DNA from: a virus
Length of the DNA stretch: 64,000 nucleotides
Direction: 5' to 3' (one strand)
IMG/VR virus record: IMGVR_UViG_3300047160_018755
Location: 96,001 to 160,000 of that record
In this document: piece by piece, positions 7,683-16,023 of the stretch
How the letters are laid out: each line of letters starts with the position of its first letter
How positions within the stretch are numbered: the first letter of the stretch is position 1
The notes under the pieces: model-generated
Database searches by the model: none
The model's input: the letters and a program-made list of their open reading frames with translations, nothing else
Told to the model about the DNA's origin: nothing
Made by a program: the position numbers and the translations under genes

Positions 7683-7755
7683 CGCTGCTGGCGGGATTCG
7701 AACCCGACCTCACGCGATAGACAGTCGCGCAGCCTCACCAGATGCTTACAGCAGC
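7683..7755 (-). tRNA. tRNA-Asp(GUC)
   Basis: Loop CT-GTC-TA; G73. Confidence 0.88.
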
Positions 7756-7763
7756 AGAGCTTG

Positions 7764-7835
7764 TCGCACCCGCAGGAATTGAACCTGCGCGCCCGGGATT
7801 TCAATCCGGTGCTCTACCAACTGAGCTAGGGTGCG
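7764..7835 (-). tRNA. tRNA-Phe(GAA)
   Basis: Loop TT-GAA-AT; canonical D and T arms. Confidence 0.88.
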
Positions 7836-7839
7836 TTCT

Positions 7840-7991
7840 CGATCGTTTGTGCCGGGCTTCCCGGCTTGTCGCTTTACTTGATCCCGGAGGGATCGAAGCG
7901 ATCGAGCGCACCCTGTGCTGGGCGCTGGTGTTGCTGATGGCGCGGATAACGCACGATCCGGCCACCGGTCGTAATGCCGGTTCGAATCGTG
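7840..7991 (-). ncRNA. Candidate structured non-coding RNA ahead of the tRNA array
   Basis: Nested stems with no convincing CDS and no tRNA fold; see findings. Confidence 0.35.
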
Positions 7992-8062
7992 GTGTATGTG
8001 GTCGCGGTCAGCATTGGAACACTCAGTAGATTAAGTCTGCCTCAGACGATCGTTGGAGTCAA

Positions 8063-8092
8063 GAAAAAAGAGGAGCCCGATCCTGTGGGCCC
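8063..8092 (-). terminator. Putative intrinsic terminator
   Basis: GGGCCC...GGGCTC stem followed by CTCTTTTTTC. Confidence 0.5.
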
Positions 8093-8147
8093 AGATTGTA
8101 CTTCTCTTCCCGTAGCCGTACGGGCTCCTCGTGTACCTTCTATCGAA

Positions 8148-8570
8148 TCACTCGCGCTTCGAGGGCGGAGATCCCGCGCACTCCAGGACCGCCCAGCACT
8201 CGTTCAGGAACGTCTGGACGTGATAGAAGCTCCAGTCGCCGGCCCAGTCGTGCTCCTCGAAGAACGTGCGCGCCGCGGCCTTGTTGTCGAACCACCGCAC
8301 GCCGCTCTCGATGCTGCCGGCCAGCTCCATCACCTCTTCCTTGGAGTCGCAGGCTTCCATCGCGTCGCAGCCGCTGCACGAGCCGTAGCCGATCGAGACG
8401 AAGCCGTAGCGGTCGCCGTCCTGGATGAGGTAGAAGAGGTCGCCCTGGTAGTCGCCCGCGCGTTCGTAGACGACGGTCTTACCGAGCGCGTCCACGATCT
8501 GCTCGTAGCTCGGGTAGGCCTTGCCGTAGTCCGTGTCGGGTCCAAACAGCTCTTCGTAGGTCTTGTTCAT
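8148..8570 (-). CDS. Hypothetical acidic protein
   Basis: GAGG RBS; upstream GATTCGATAG; codon bias. Confidence 0.7.
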   Translation of the reverse strand: MNKTYEELFGPDTDYGKAYPSYEQIVDALGKTVVYERAGDYQGDLFYLIQDGDRYGFVSIGYGSCSGCDAMEACDSKEEVMELAGSIESGVRWFDNKAAARTFFEEHDWAGDWSFYHVQTFLNECWAVLECAGSPPSKRE

Positions 8571-8629
8571 GGCGATCCTCGTTTTCTTTCTATCGAATCT
8601 AGGAACCGAAAGCAAGAACTATCGAATCG

Positions 8630-8701
8630 TGCCCCCGCCGGGATTCGAACCCGGAGCTTCCTGGTTTGAGCAGGCTGTCTGTGCCGTTGAACTACGAGGG
8701 C
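8630..8701 (-). tRNA. tRNA with CAA (Leu) anticodon and short variable loop
   Basis: Loop CT-CAA-AC; about 5-nt variable region. Confidence 0.8.
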
Positions 8702-8702
8702 T

Positions 8703-8779
8703 TGGTACCCGGAGCGGGATTCGAACCCGCAACCTCCGCGTTCTGAGCGCGTTGCCTCTGCCGATTGAGCTACCCGGGC
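8703..8779 (-). tRNA. tRNA with CAG (Leu) anticodon and short variable loop
   Basis: Loop CT-CAG-AA; variable region AGGTT; CCA encoded. Confidence 0.8.
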
Positions 8780-8784
8780 GTGAG

Positions 8785-8869
8785 TGCGATCGACAGGACT
8801 CGAACCTGCACGCCCGTTACGGGCACCGGACTCTCAATCCGGCGGGTCTACCAATTCCCCCACGATCGC
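8785..8869 (-). tRNA. tRNA-Leu(GAG), canonical class II
   Basis: Loop TT-GAG-AG; variable arm GCCCG-TAA-CGGGC. Confidence 0.92.
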
Positions 8870-8988
8870 GTATGTCGGCGCCGAAGCGCAAAAATGCTGT
8901 ACTCGCTTACGCGAGCAGCAACGACAGACGGGATAGCAAGCGGGTGAACATTGGTACTCGGAAGATTACTATCGAATCTAGGGAATGT

Positions 8989-9120
8989 CTAGAACAAAAT
9001 TCCGACAACCAAGCCGACGCCGAAGGTGACCGCCGCGATGCACACGTAGTACATCACGACGGGCAGCACCCCGGAGTTCTGCGGCTGGTGGTCGCGGATG
9101 AATTTCAGCGGGTTGATCAT
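8989..9120 (-). CDS. Small single-TM protein, 43 aa
   Basis: MINPLKFIR...VVMYYVCIAAVTFGVGLVVGILF, read by hand. Confidence 0.55.
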   Translation of the reverse strand: MINPLKFIRDHQPQNSGVLPVVMYYVCIAAVTFGVGLVVGILF

Positions 9121-9121
9121 G

Positions 9122-9904
9122 TCAGGGAGCGCCGACGATCGAATCCGCCATCACGTTGATGGCCCAGAAGTCGCTGGCGAGCCTCGGGTTCGTGAGGTAG
9201 GCGTACGGGATCGTGAAGTACCCGCCCATGCCCCAGCTCGCGCCCCAGCTGTTGCGGCAGACGAAGCGCTGAGTGGCGTCGTCGTAGCCCACGCAGAGGA
9301 CGGCGTGGCCGCCCATGACCCGCTCGCCCTTGGCCGGCATCGGGACGACGCCGGTCTGCGCGACAGCGTCACTCTCGAACGACTCGTAGACGGTGAATCC
9401 CAGAACGAAGGGCGTCTTCGAGACGATGCACGCCTTCATCGCGTCGAGCGTCTGCGGCACCGACTGGTAGTTGAGCGAGCGAGCCTTGAGAGCCTCGGTG
9501 TACGCCGCGGCGGAGGGCTTCGTGGAGAACGGGCCCGGATTCGCGTCGCTGTACGGCCAGAGCGTCTCGCTGCACACGCCGAGCGTGTTGATGGTCTTGA
9601 TGCCATCGCGGATCGCAGCGCCGGAGTCGGTCGACGTCGTGCCCTCCATGTCGCGCTCGTTGTAGTAGACGAACAGGCGCGAGACGAAGAAGTACGGGTG
9701 GAGCCCCTGCTTCAGAAGGTCGAACTGGATCGCTGCGGCGATGGCGTTCGCCGTGCAGCTGCCGAGCTGTCCCTGGTCCTGGATCTTGTGCGGACACATC
9801 TTCCGCAGGTCGAACTTCACCGGCAGAACCGTGCCCTCCGCCTTCTTGAAGACGTGGTCGCGGTGGTCTCGATGATCTGGCTTCCAGCCGTGCTTGCGTT
9901 TCAT
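9122..9904 (-). CDS. Papain-like C1A cysteine peptidase
   Basis: DQGQLGSCTANA, GGHAV, RNSWGASWG, GYF motifs. Confidence 0.93.
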   Translation of the reverse strand: MKRKHGWKPDHRDHRDHVFKKAEGTVLPVKFDLRKMCPHKIQDQGQLGSCTANAIAAAIQFDLLKQGLHPYFFVSRLFVYYNERDMEGTTSTDSGAAIRDGIKTINTLGVCSETLWPYSDANPGPFSTKPSAAAYTEALKARSLNYQSVPQTLDAMKACIVSKTPFVLGFTVYESFESDAVAQTGVVPMPAKGERVMGGHAVLCVGYDDATQRFVCRNSWGASWGMGGYFTIPYAYLTNPRLASDFWAINVMADSIVGAP

Positions 9905-9912
9905 CGTGCTCC

Positions 9913-10344
9913 TCACTTCGCCCAGTCGGGCAGTCCGTTTTGTTCCGCGAGGTCTTCGACAGCGTACGCCGCCGCCTCGTACTTGTTCCCGAAGTAGGCT
10001 TCCATCGACGCCTGCGTGACGCCGATCTTGAAGAGGTCACGGAAGGGGAAGTGCACGATGGACTGCCACGCGTACTTCACCCACGACACGCCGAAGAAGA
10101 GGTTCGAGTCGTCCTGCGCGATGTGCACCCACTCGTGCACGCGAACGAACGGGTCGACGTCACCGGTCGGCTGCGCGTCGAGCGTCCAGTACCAGATCGT
10201 GGAGAAGAAGGGCCAAGGGATGGTCATCGCGCCCCAGCCGTGGTTCCACATGAAGCGGCCGACGGGGCCGCCGATCTCCAGCTCGATGACCCGGCTCTTG
10301 TGCGGGGGCTGGTTCTTGCGAACGCGCTTGATCCAGTTGAACAT
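9913..10344 (-). CDS. Putative zinc metallopeptidase (DUF4157-like)
   Basis: VHEWVHIAQ (HExxH) plus downstream YEAAAY. Confidence 0.65.
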   Translation of the reverse strand: MFNWIKRVRKNQPPHKSRVIELEIGGPVGRFMWNHGWGAMTIPWPFFSTIWYWTLDAQPTGDVDPFVRVHEWVHIAQDDSNLFFGVSWVKYAWQSIVHFPFRDLFKIGVTQASMEAYFGNKYEAAAYAVEDLAEQNGLPDWAK

Positions 10345-10679
10345 CAGTCGATCTCCAGTTCCTCGCCCTTGTCCTTGACCTCGATCTTCTCGGGCGCGGG
10401 CAGATCGGTATTGATGGCCTGGCGCTGGCGGCTCATCTCGGCCGTGTCGCCGCCGCCGACGGAACCGCCGTACTTCAGGGTCTGCATGTCGCTGTACGCG
10501 CGACCGCCGACGAACGCCGTGTAGATGCCGGTGACGCCCATGACGAGGTTGCCGAAGGCCGTCAGAGGCAGCCAGAAGCCGCCTGCGATGAGCACAGCCA
10601 CGCAGAACACCATCCCCGCGAACTTCTGGGACGAGAGGTGACCGAGGTCGAACCCCTTCTTGTCCTTGTTCTTGCCCAT
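10344..10679 (-). CDS. Two-TM holin-like protein
   Basis: Two hydrophobic helices and charged termini. Confidence 0.5.
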   Translation of the reverse strand: MGKNKDKKGFDLGHLSSQKFAGMVFCVAVLIAGGFWLPLTAFGNLVMGVTGIYTAFVGGRAYSDMQTLKYGGSVGGGDTAEMSRQRQAINTDLPAPEKIEVKDKGEELEID

Positions 10680-11023
10680 CAGCCGCCGAACACGATCTTC
10701 AGGAAGATGCCCAACGCCGCGAAGAAGAGGGACCCCGCAGTCGCCCCGACCTTGAGGATCAGCATCCGGCGCTCCCGACGCCTGGCTCGATCTGCTTCGA
10801 GATGCGCCTCAGCCTGCGCCTTGACCTTCTCCGTGGTCTCCAGCACAGTCACACGCTCGTGAAGCGACGCCACGGCGTCCAGCTTCTCCGCCAGCATCTT
10901 CACACCGTCGTCGATGCGGGTCTTCACGACCCCCAGATCGACCTTGACGTCTGTCACACCCTCTTCAAGGCGTGCGATGCGGTCCTCGTAAACTTCAACG
11001 AGCGCTGGGTTCTGGGGCGGCAT
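10679..11023 (-). CDS. Coiled-coil protein with C-terminal TM (XhlA/holin-like)
   Basis: Heptad region, then RRRERR and a hydrophobic helix. Confidence 0.5.
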   Translation of the reverse strand: MPPQNPALVEVYEDRIARLEEGVTDVKVDLGVVKTRIDDGVKMLAEKLDAVASLHERVTVLETTEKVKAQAEAHLEADRARRRERRMLILKVGATAGSLFFAALGIFLKIVFGG

Positions 11024-11029
11024 ACACCC

Positions 11030-11035
11030 AAGATT
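11030..11035 (-). promoter_or_regulatory. Late-promoter-like hexamer AATCT[T/A/C], 6 nt before start codons (representative copy)
   Basis: Same 6-nt spacing before starts at 11023, 20336, 20372, 21965, 23264, 23661, 29080, 35407, 35793, 45757. Confidence 0.75.
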
Positions 11036-11059
11036 GGGGTGCCGTTCGGGACAAAACCC

Positions 11060-11356
11060 TTAGGAGTCGCTGGGTACGGGGATCAAAGAGCCGTCCGCCT
11101 GGACCTCGTAGCCGAGGTGGTCGTAGATGCAGCGGACGCAGGCGATCATGCTGTCCTTCGAGGCGCGGAAGAAGCGCCCGATGAACTGCTTCGAGCCGCA
11201 GAGGTAGCACTTGTCGGTCTTCATGAGACCTTCGGTGGTGACCTTGGGGTAGCCGTACTCCTTGACCAGCTGGGACGGTGTCATGGCCGCCCCGGTCCCG
11301 GGCTGCGTGATCAGCTCCTCCTCGTCCCAGTCCATCGTCGACTCTTCGCTGATCAC
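11060..11356 (-). CDS. Hypothetical zinc-finger protein
   Basis: CYLC...CVRC. Confidence 0.6.
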   Translation of the reverse strand: MISEESTMDWDEEELITQPGTGAAMTPSQLVKEYGYPKVTTEGLMKTDKCYLCGSKQFIGRFFRASKDSMIACVRCIYDHLGYEVQADGSLIPVPSDS

Positions 11357-11808
11357 AACCCCGCCGCCTCCAGGGCCGCGTTGGCCTGGTCCTTGACGCC
11401 GCCGAACGCGAAGGCAGGGCCGGTGTGATTCGGGTCAGGATCCTGCCCCGTGCGGTAGAGGTAGTGGTGGCAAAACTCGTGCGCGAGGGCGCACGTCGAG
11501 AGCTTGTACAGCGTCGACCACGCCACCTGCGAGGTCTTCGCCTCCACCTCCGAGAGCCCCGCCACGCAGCGGCCGAAGTCGTCCTTCCAGGCCAAACCAG
11601 GCTTGCAGTTGAGCCCGGCGCCGCCGATCCAGGTCACGACCGGGGGCGCGTCCGTGCGCTTGTACGTGTCGTTCCAGATGATCTTGATGGCCTTGGCCAG
11701 ATCCGCGGCCGGCGGTCCGCTGACGGCGCCGTTCTTCGACTTGAGATACCAGACGACGCCGCCGACTCCGCCAGCGAGCGCGAGACCGATCAGAGCGAAC
11801 ACGAGCAT
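11353..11808 (-). CDS. Membrane-anchored zinc metallopeptidase-like protein
   Basis: N-terminal TM; LAHEFCH (HExxH) and later NHTGPAF. Confidence 0.65.
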   Translation of the reverse strand: MLVFALIGLALAGGVGGVVWYLKSKNGAVSGPPAADLAKAIKIIWNDTYKRTDAPPVVTWIGGAGLNCKPGLAWKDDFGRCVAGLSEVEAKTSQVAWSTLYKLSTCALAHEFCHHYLYRTGQDPDPNHTGPAFAFGGVKDQANAALEAAGL

Positions 11809-11816
11809 GAAAACTC

Positions 11817-12104
11817 CTACTGAGCCTTGACTTTGGCTCCGTGCTTGGCGACGATGGCCTTGATGAGATCGGCGTGCAGCTGATACTCGACTTCGAGCAC
11901 CTGGAGCAGGGCCTTGTACAGCTCGTCCGTGAACATGTCCATCCCGCAGCGGTTGCACTTCGGGATCACGAACGAGGGTGGGACATTGATGAAGACCTGC
12001 GGGTAGTCCACGTTGTTGCTGCGGTGGATGTAGAACCTGCCGTCCTTCTGCGTGGGCACGGCTTTCCCGCCGCAGCCCTCCACGGCACAGTCGATCGTGT
12101 TCAC
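11817..12104 (-). CDS. Hypothetical zinc-ribbon protein
   Basis: CAVEGC...CNRCG; GGAG RBS before GTG. Confidence 0.6.
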   Translation of the reverse strand: MNTIDCAVEGCGGKAVPTQKDGRFYIHRSNNVDYPQVFINVPPSFVIPKCNRCGMDMFTDELYKALLQVLEVEYQLHADLIKAIVAKHGAKVKAQ

Positions 12105-12108
12105 AGGA

Positions 12109-12483
12109 TTATCTCCTTCTGGCCGCCGAAAGCGCCACACTGGCTTCCACACTTTCCTCGGAATCCTCTTCGCCGGGAAGGGGCTTCCGAAAGCACGCGC
12201 TGAAGTCGAAATTGGACGAGCAGACCGTCACCGTGATCGTGTCCGCCCGCGGACCGTTCTCGACCCTGACCTCTTCCTCCTCGACCTCGAAGAACTCGGC
12301 GATGTCCGACAGAACCCTCAGGTCGACGTGGAAGTCGTCGTCTTGGATGACGTCCAAGTAGACCGACCCGTCTCCTTTGCCCACCCTCGCCCCCACGATG
12401 ACCGGGATCTGACAGGCTGCCGCGAGACCTGACACAAGAGCTTGAGGTGCGGCGGGGAACGAATCGTGGTACCGATGGATCAT
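12109..12483 (-). CDS. Hypothetical acidic protein (start uncertain)
   Basis: Codon bias in the 3' part. Confidence 0.5.
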   Translation of the reverse strand: MIHRYHDSFPAAPQALVSGLAAACQIPVIVGARVGKGDGSVYLDVIQDDDFHVDLRVLSDIAEFFEVEEEEVRVENGPRADTITVTVCSSNFDFSACFRKPLPGEEDSEESVEASVALSAARRR

Positions 12484-12508
12484 GTAAGGGGCCCTCCAGG
12501 TTCAGAGT

Positions 12509-12793
12509 CTAGCGGATCCGTTCGCGAAATGCAAGGGCCCATCGGCGCAAATTGCGCGGGAAGGTCTCGAACACCGCGTAACCAATGGGCTTTTTGGCCT
12601 TCATATACGCTTCCCAGCCAGCTTGCGTATAAACGACCATCCCGGAGCCCAGGACCATGGGCAGGGATCGGTCCGAAAACCCCGCCAGCGAGCGCGCAGC
12701 GCGCCACAGCAGCATCAGGGCGATGATCAGCGAACCCGGGAACAGGGCCAGGAAGACGCCGACGTGGAACAGGATGAGAGTCACCAAAGACAT
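12509..12793 (-). CDS. Membrane protein
   Basis: Hydrophobic N-terminal half; follows GATTCGATAG directly. Confidence 0.5.
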   Translation of the reverse strand: MSLVTLILFHVGVFLALFPGSLIIALMLLWRAARSLAGFSDRSLPMVLGSGMVVYTQAGWEAYMKAKKPIGYAVFETFPRNLRRWALAFRERIR

Positions 12794-12829
12794 CCTATCG
12801 AATCTTCCTCTGGGCGTCAAGGTCCAGAT

Positions 12830-12861
12830 AAAGAAAGGGCCCCTCCGGGGAGGAGGGGCCC
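12830..12861 (-). terminator. Intrinsic terminator after tail tube gene
   Basis: GGGCCCCTCC...GGAGGGGGCCC followed by TTTCTTT. Confidence 0.8.
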
Positions 12862-12902
12862 AGTCCAGCAGCCGGGGCGAAAGGAGGGAAAGACCCGGTA
12901 GC

Positions 12903-13415
12903 TTACGTGATCGCGGGGAGGTCGGCCGCGGTGACGTTTTCGGAGTTCTGCGTGGACTCGTCGTCCATGCCGAGCGCGACGAAGGTGACGGTCAGCTCTT
13001 CGAGGTTGCGGGCCGAGATCGTCGTCGAGAAGCCGGTGCAGCGCACGTTCTTGAAGTGCGCGATCGAGTCCGGCAGACCGAGGGCCTGGCGCTGGCGGTC
13101 GTAGATGTCCAGCGTGAGGTACTCGGTCAGGAGGAGGTCCTGGAGCTTCGGCAGACCCGCTTCGACCCAAGGGCCGTGCTCGATGACTCGGAAGCCCGAG
13201 CACGTGATCGAGACGAGGTCCATCGACGTGTAGTCCACTTCCGCGGCGCCGAAACGACCCAGCACGTAGGCTGGCTGCGTCTCGTACGTCATGTTGTAGC
13301 TCACGTTGTTGAACAGACCCACGACGTGGCTGGTACCGTCATTCGGGTTGAAGACGTTCAGCTTCGCGCGGGCGCCCGACATCACTTTCGGGGCAGTTTG
13401 CTTGGTGGCGGCCAT
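12903..13415 (-). CDS. Tail tube protein
   Basis: Follows sheath; VMSGARAKL...VGLFNNVSYN...AYVLGRFGAAE resembles SPO1/K-type tubes. Confidence 0.85.
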   Translation of the reverse strand: MAATKQTAPKVMSGARAKLNVFNPNDGTSHVVGLFNNVSYNMTYETQPAYVLGRFGAAEVDYTSMDLVSITCSGFRVIEHGPWVEAGLPKLQDLLLTEYLTLDIYDRQRQALGLPDSIAHFKNVRCTGFSTTISARNLEELTVTFVALGMDDESTQNSENVTAADLPAIT

Positions 13416-13449
13416 GTGTTCCTTCTAAGTGAAAGATTGAGTCAGGTCG

Positions 13450-15981
13450 TTACGAGGACTGCTGGACCTGCGTGATGCTGAACGTGATCGGGATGAAGTA
13501 CAGCGCGGTCGCCGCCTTCACCTCGGCGCTCACCACCATGGCGGGGCCGGAGATCTTGATGACCGGGTTCTTGTAACCCTTCGGCGCGTCGTCGCTGAAC
13601 GCGATGAGCTTCACGCGGCGGAGGTTGTCCATGATGGCGTCGAGGACCGAGAGGGCCTGCGCCACCGTGACGTCCGCGAGGGACTGACCGACGAACGCCT
13701 GCTCCATGATCTGCGCCGTGGTGAGCGAGATGATGTCCGCGTCGTACACAGCCTGGATGCTGTTGTAGACGAAGTTGTTGTCGCGACCGTACGTCGTCTG
13801 GTCGGAGACGTAGCGGAAGCCACCCGTCGGCGGGCGCGCGATCGTGAGGAGACCCGCCTCCAGCGCCAGCTCGACGGCGTCGTCGTCCTGGTCGTTGAAG
13901 TCCCCGGCCGCCTGGAGAGCGCCCGAGATGTTGATCCCCTTGTTGAAGATCGCCTTGTAGAAGCCCGCGGCCTGCATGCCCGCGGCCTTGACCGCGTTCA
14001 TCCAGGGCTGGAACTGCGCGAGCGTTCCGACCGAGTTGTTGTCGCGCACGTCTTGGAACGAGAGCGAGCAGCGGAACGAGGCCAGCTCGCCGGCCGCTTC
14101 CTTCGCGTTCGCGATCGTGTCGCGGAGCGAGAGGAACGCCTGGCGGTTGCGGCGCTTCTTCAGCGTCGACATCTGGAGGACGTGCGAGCGGGTGTTCGCG
14201 TGCACGGCCGCGATGGTGTACGTCGACGACGGATCGGTCAGACCATCCGCGATGTCGGCGCTCGCGTCACGCGAGAACAGCGGCACGACGAAGTTGCCAC
14301 GAACCATCTTGAGCGCGTCGAGAGCTTGCTGGATCAGCGCGTCCGTGGTCGCACCCTTGGCGCCGCCCGAGAGGAACGAGACGCCCACCGTCGGAGCCGG
14401 GAGGCCCTTGATGTCCGCCTTGTTCAGCTGCGTGAGGAAGCCGTTGGCCGCGAGGGTCGTGAAGAACTTGTACGCGTCCTGCTTGATGCGGCCGGGGGCG
14501 ACGCTGGCGAACGTCGAGCAGATGCCGTACGTGCCCTGGTCGAGGCTCGTCGACGGCTGCGATCCGAGGACTGCCGTGCCCGGGGCGCACGTGAAGCCGG
14601 TGAGCGAGTCGAAGTACGCCGCGAGGTCCGCGATCGTCGGGTAGTCCGCGAGGACCGCCGAGAACGTGCCCGCGTTCGCACCACCGACCGCCGTGACCGT
14701 GAGGGTCACGCCGTCGATCGTCGCCGTGGCCGTCGTGCCCTCGTAGCCGATCTCCAGGGCGATGGCGCCGCCCGCGAAGATGTCGTTGACGATGTTGTCG
14801 ACCTGGCGCGACTCCGTCAGGTCCGCGACGTACTCCGTCGCCGACGTGATGAGGTTGCCGTTCGTCGAGTTGGTGATCCAGTTCACCTTCGTCGGAACGC
14901 CGTTCACAAGCTTCCAGCAGATGAAGTTGAGCAGGCCCGTGTGGCTCGACAGCTCGTCGATCTGGAGGCTCTTGCCGGTACCCGGGACGGGGTTGGTGCT
15001 CGCGAGGCTCACCGTGATGGCGCTGAACGTCTGGACGTCCGCCGTGCCAACGATGGCCGTCGCGCCCTTGGACGTCGGCGTGGTCAGCTGGTTCGGCGTG
15101 CCCGCGACGTCGAGGAGCTTCGTCGCGTAGATGGTCTTGCCCGCGCCGCCCGTGCCCGTCACGATGTACGAGCCGGCCGCAGCCGCGTTCGACGTCGCCA
15201 TCGCCGACGTGGTCGGGATGTAGAGCGTGTCACCCGCGACCGGGAGGTGGTCGAAGACCACCGAACGATCGATCTGCACGTTGTTGCCCGTGAGGACCGT
15301 GATCGCGAGCGTGCCCGTGGTTCCCGTCAGCGGGGACTCCGCCGCACCGCCCGTCGTGGTGATGCCCGCGATGCCCGCGAGCGTCGTGATCCACGTGGTG
15401 GGAGGGTCGAGGGCCGCCATGTTGGCCGCGTGCGAAGCGCCGCCGTTGAGGCGGAGGTCGACGTCGGTCGCCGCGATGGGGAGCATGAGCGCGAACGCGC
15501 CCGTGGTCGGAACAGCCTCGGACGTCTTCGCCGTGACCTGGAACGAGATCAGGTTGCCGAGCTTGCCGTAGGACTTGTCCTGGAGCGCGCCGACGCCCGG
15601 GGCGTAGCCCGTGCCGTACTCGGAGCTGTCCCAGTGGTAGAGGTGCGCCGTCGCCTTGGTCGACGGGTTGGTCTTCACGAGGATGAAGCCCGCGGGCGCG
15701 CCCTGGATCTGGGGATCGTTGGCGGGCACAGCGCCGCCGTTGAACGCGTCGACCAGGCGGCCGGACACGTACTTCGCCTTGACGTCACCGATCTGGCCGG
15801 GACCGAAGAAGTTGGACGCGATGTCCGTCTCCTGCGTGAAGTCCGGCCCCTGCTCCGCCTCGCCGACGAGCATGATCACGCCCGTGGTCGCGAGACCCGA
15901 GTTTTGCTGGACGACGTTGTAGCGAGCGTAGCCGCCCGGGATAGTCAGGACGCCAGCGTCGGTGGGGTAATTCTGAGCCAT
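13450..15981 (-). CDS. Contractile tail sheath protein, 843 aa
   Basis: IPGGY...LVGEAEQGP N-terminus; LSGGAKG and DQTT motifs; PITF C-terminus. Confidence 0.92.
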   Translation of the reverse strand: MAQNYPTDAGVLTIPGGYARYNVVQQNSGLATTGVIMLVGEAEQGPDFTQETDIASNFFGPGQIGDVKAKYVSGRLVDAFNGGAVPANDPQIQGAPAGFILVKTNPSTKATAHLYHWDSSEYGTGYAPGVGALQDKSYGKLGNLISFQVTAKTSEAVPTTGAFALMLPIAATDVDLRLNGGASHAANMAALDPPTTWITTLAGIAGITTTGGAAESPLTGTTGTLAITVLTGNNVQIDRSVVFDHLPVAGDTLYIPTTSAMATSNAAAAGSYIVTGTGGAGKTIYATKLLDVAGTPNQLTTPTSKGATAIVGTADVQTFSAITVSLASTNPVPGTGKSLQIDELSSHTGLLNFICWKLVNGVPTKVNWITNSTNGNLITSATEYVADLTESRQVDNIVNDIFAGGAIALEIGYEGTTATATIDGVTLTVTAVGGANAGTFSAVLADYPTIADLAAYFDSLTGFTCAPGTAVLGSQPSTSLDQGTYGICSTFASVAPGRIKQDAYKFFTTLAANGFLTQLNKADIKGLPAPTVGVSFLSGGAKGATTDALIQQALDALKMVRGNFVVPLFSRDASADIADGLTDPSSTYTIAAVHANTRSHVLQMSTLKKRRNRQAFLSLRDTIANAKEAAGELASFRCSLSFQDVRDNNSVGTLAQFQPWMNAVKAAGMQAAGFYKAIFNKGINISGALQAAGDFNDQDDDAVELALEAGLLTIARPPTGGFRYVSDQTTYGRDNNFVYNSIQAVYDADIISLTTAQIMEQAFVGQSLADVTVAQALSVLDAIMDNLRRVKLIAFSDDAPKGYKNPVIKISGPAMVVSAEVKAATALYFIPITFSITQVQQSS

Positions 15982-16023
15982 TTTGGTCGATCTCCGTAAG
16001 GAAAGATTGTGACGTTGCGGAAC

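Noticed and set aside
8630-8779. Genome-wide reassignment of CUG/UUG or of stop codons
   Set aside because: Conserved proteins translate cleanly in code 11; CTG encodes the conserved Leu in RtcB; no suppressor anticodon was found
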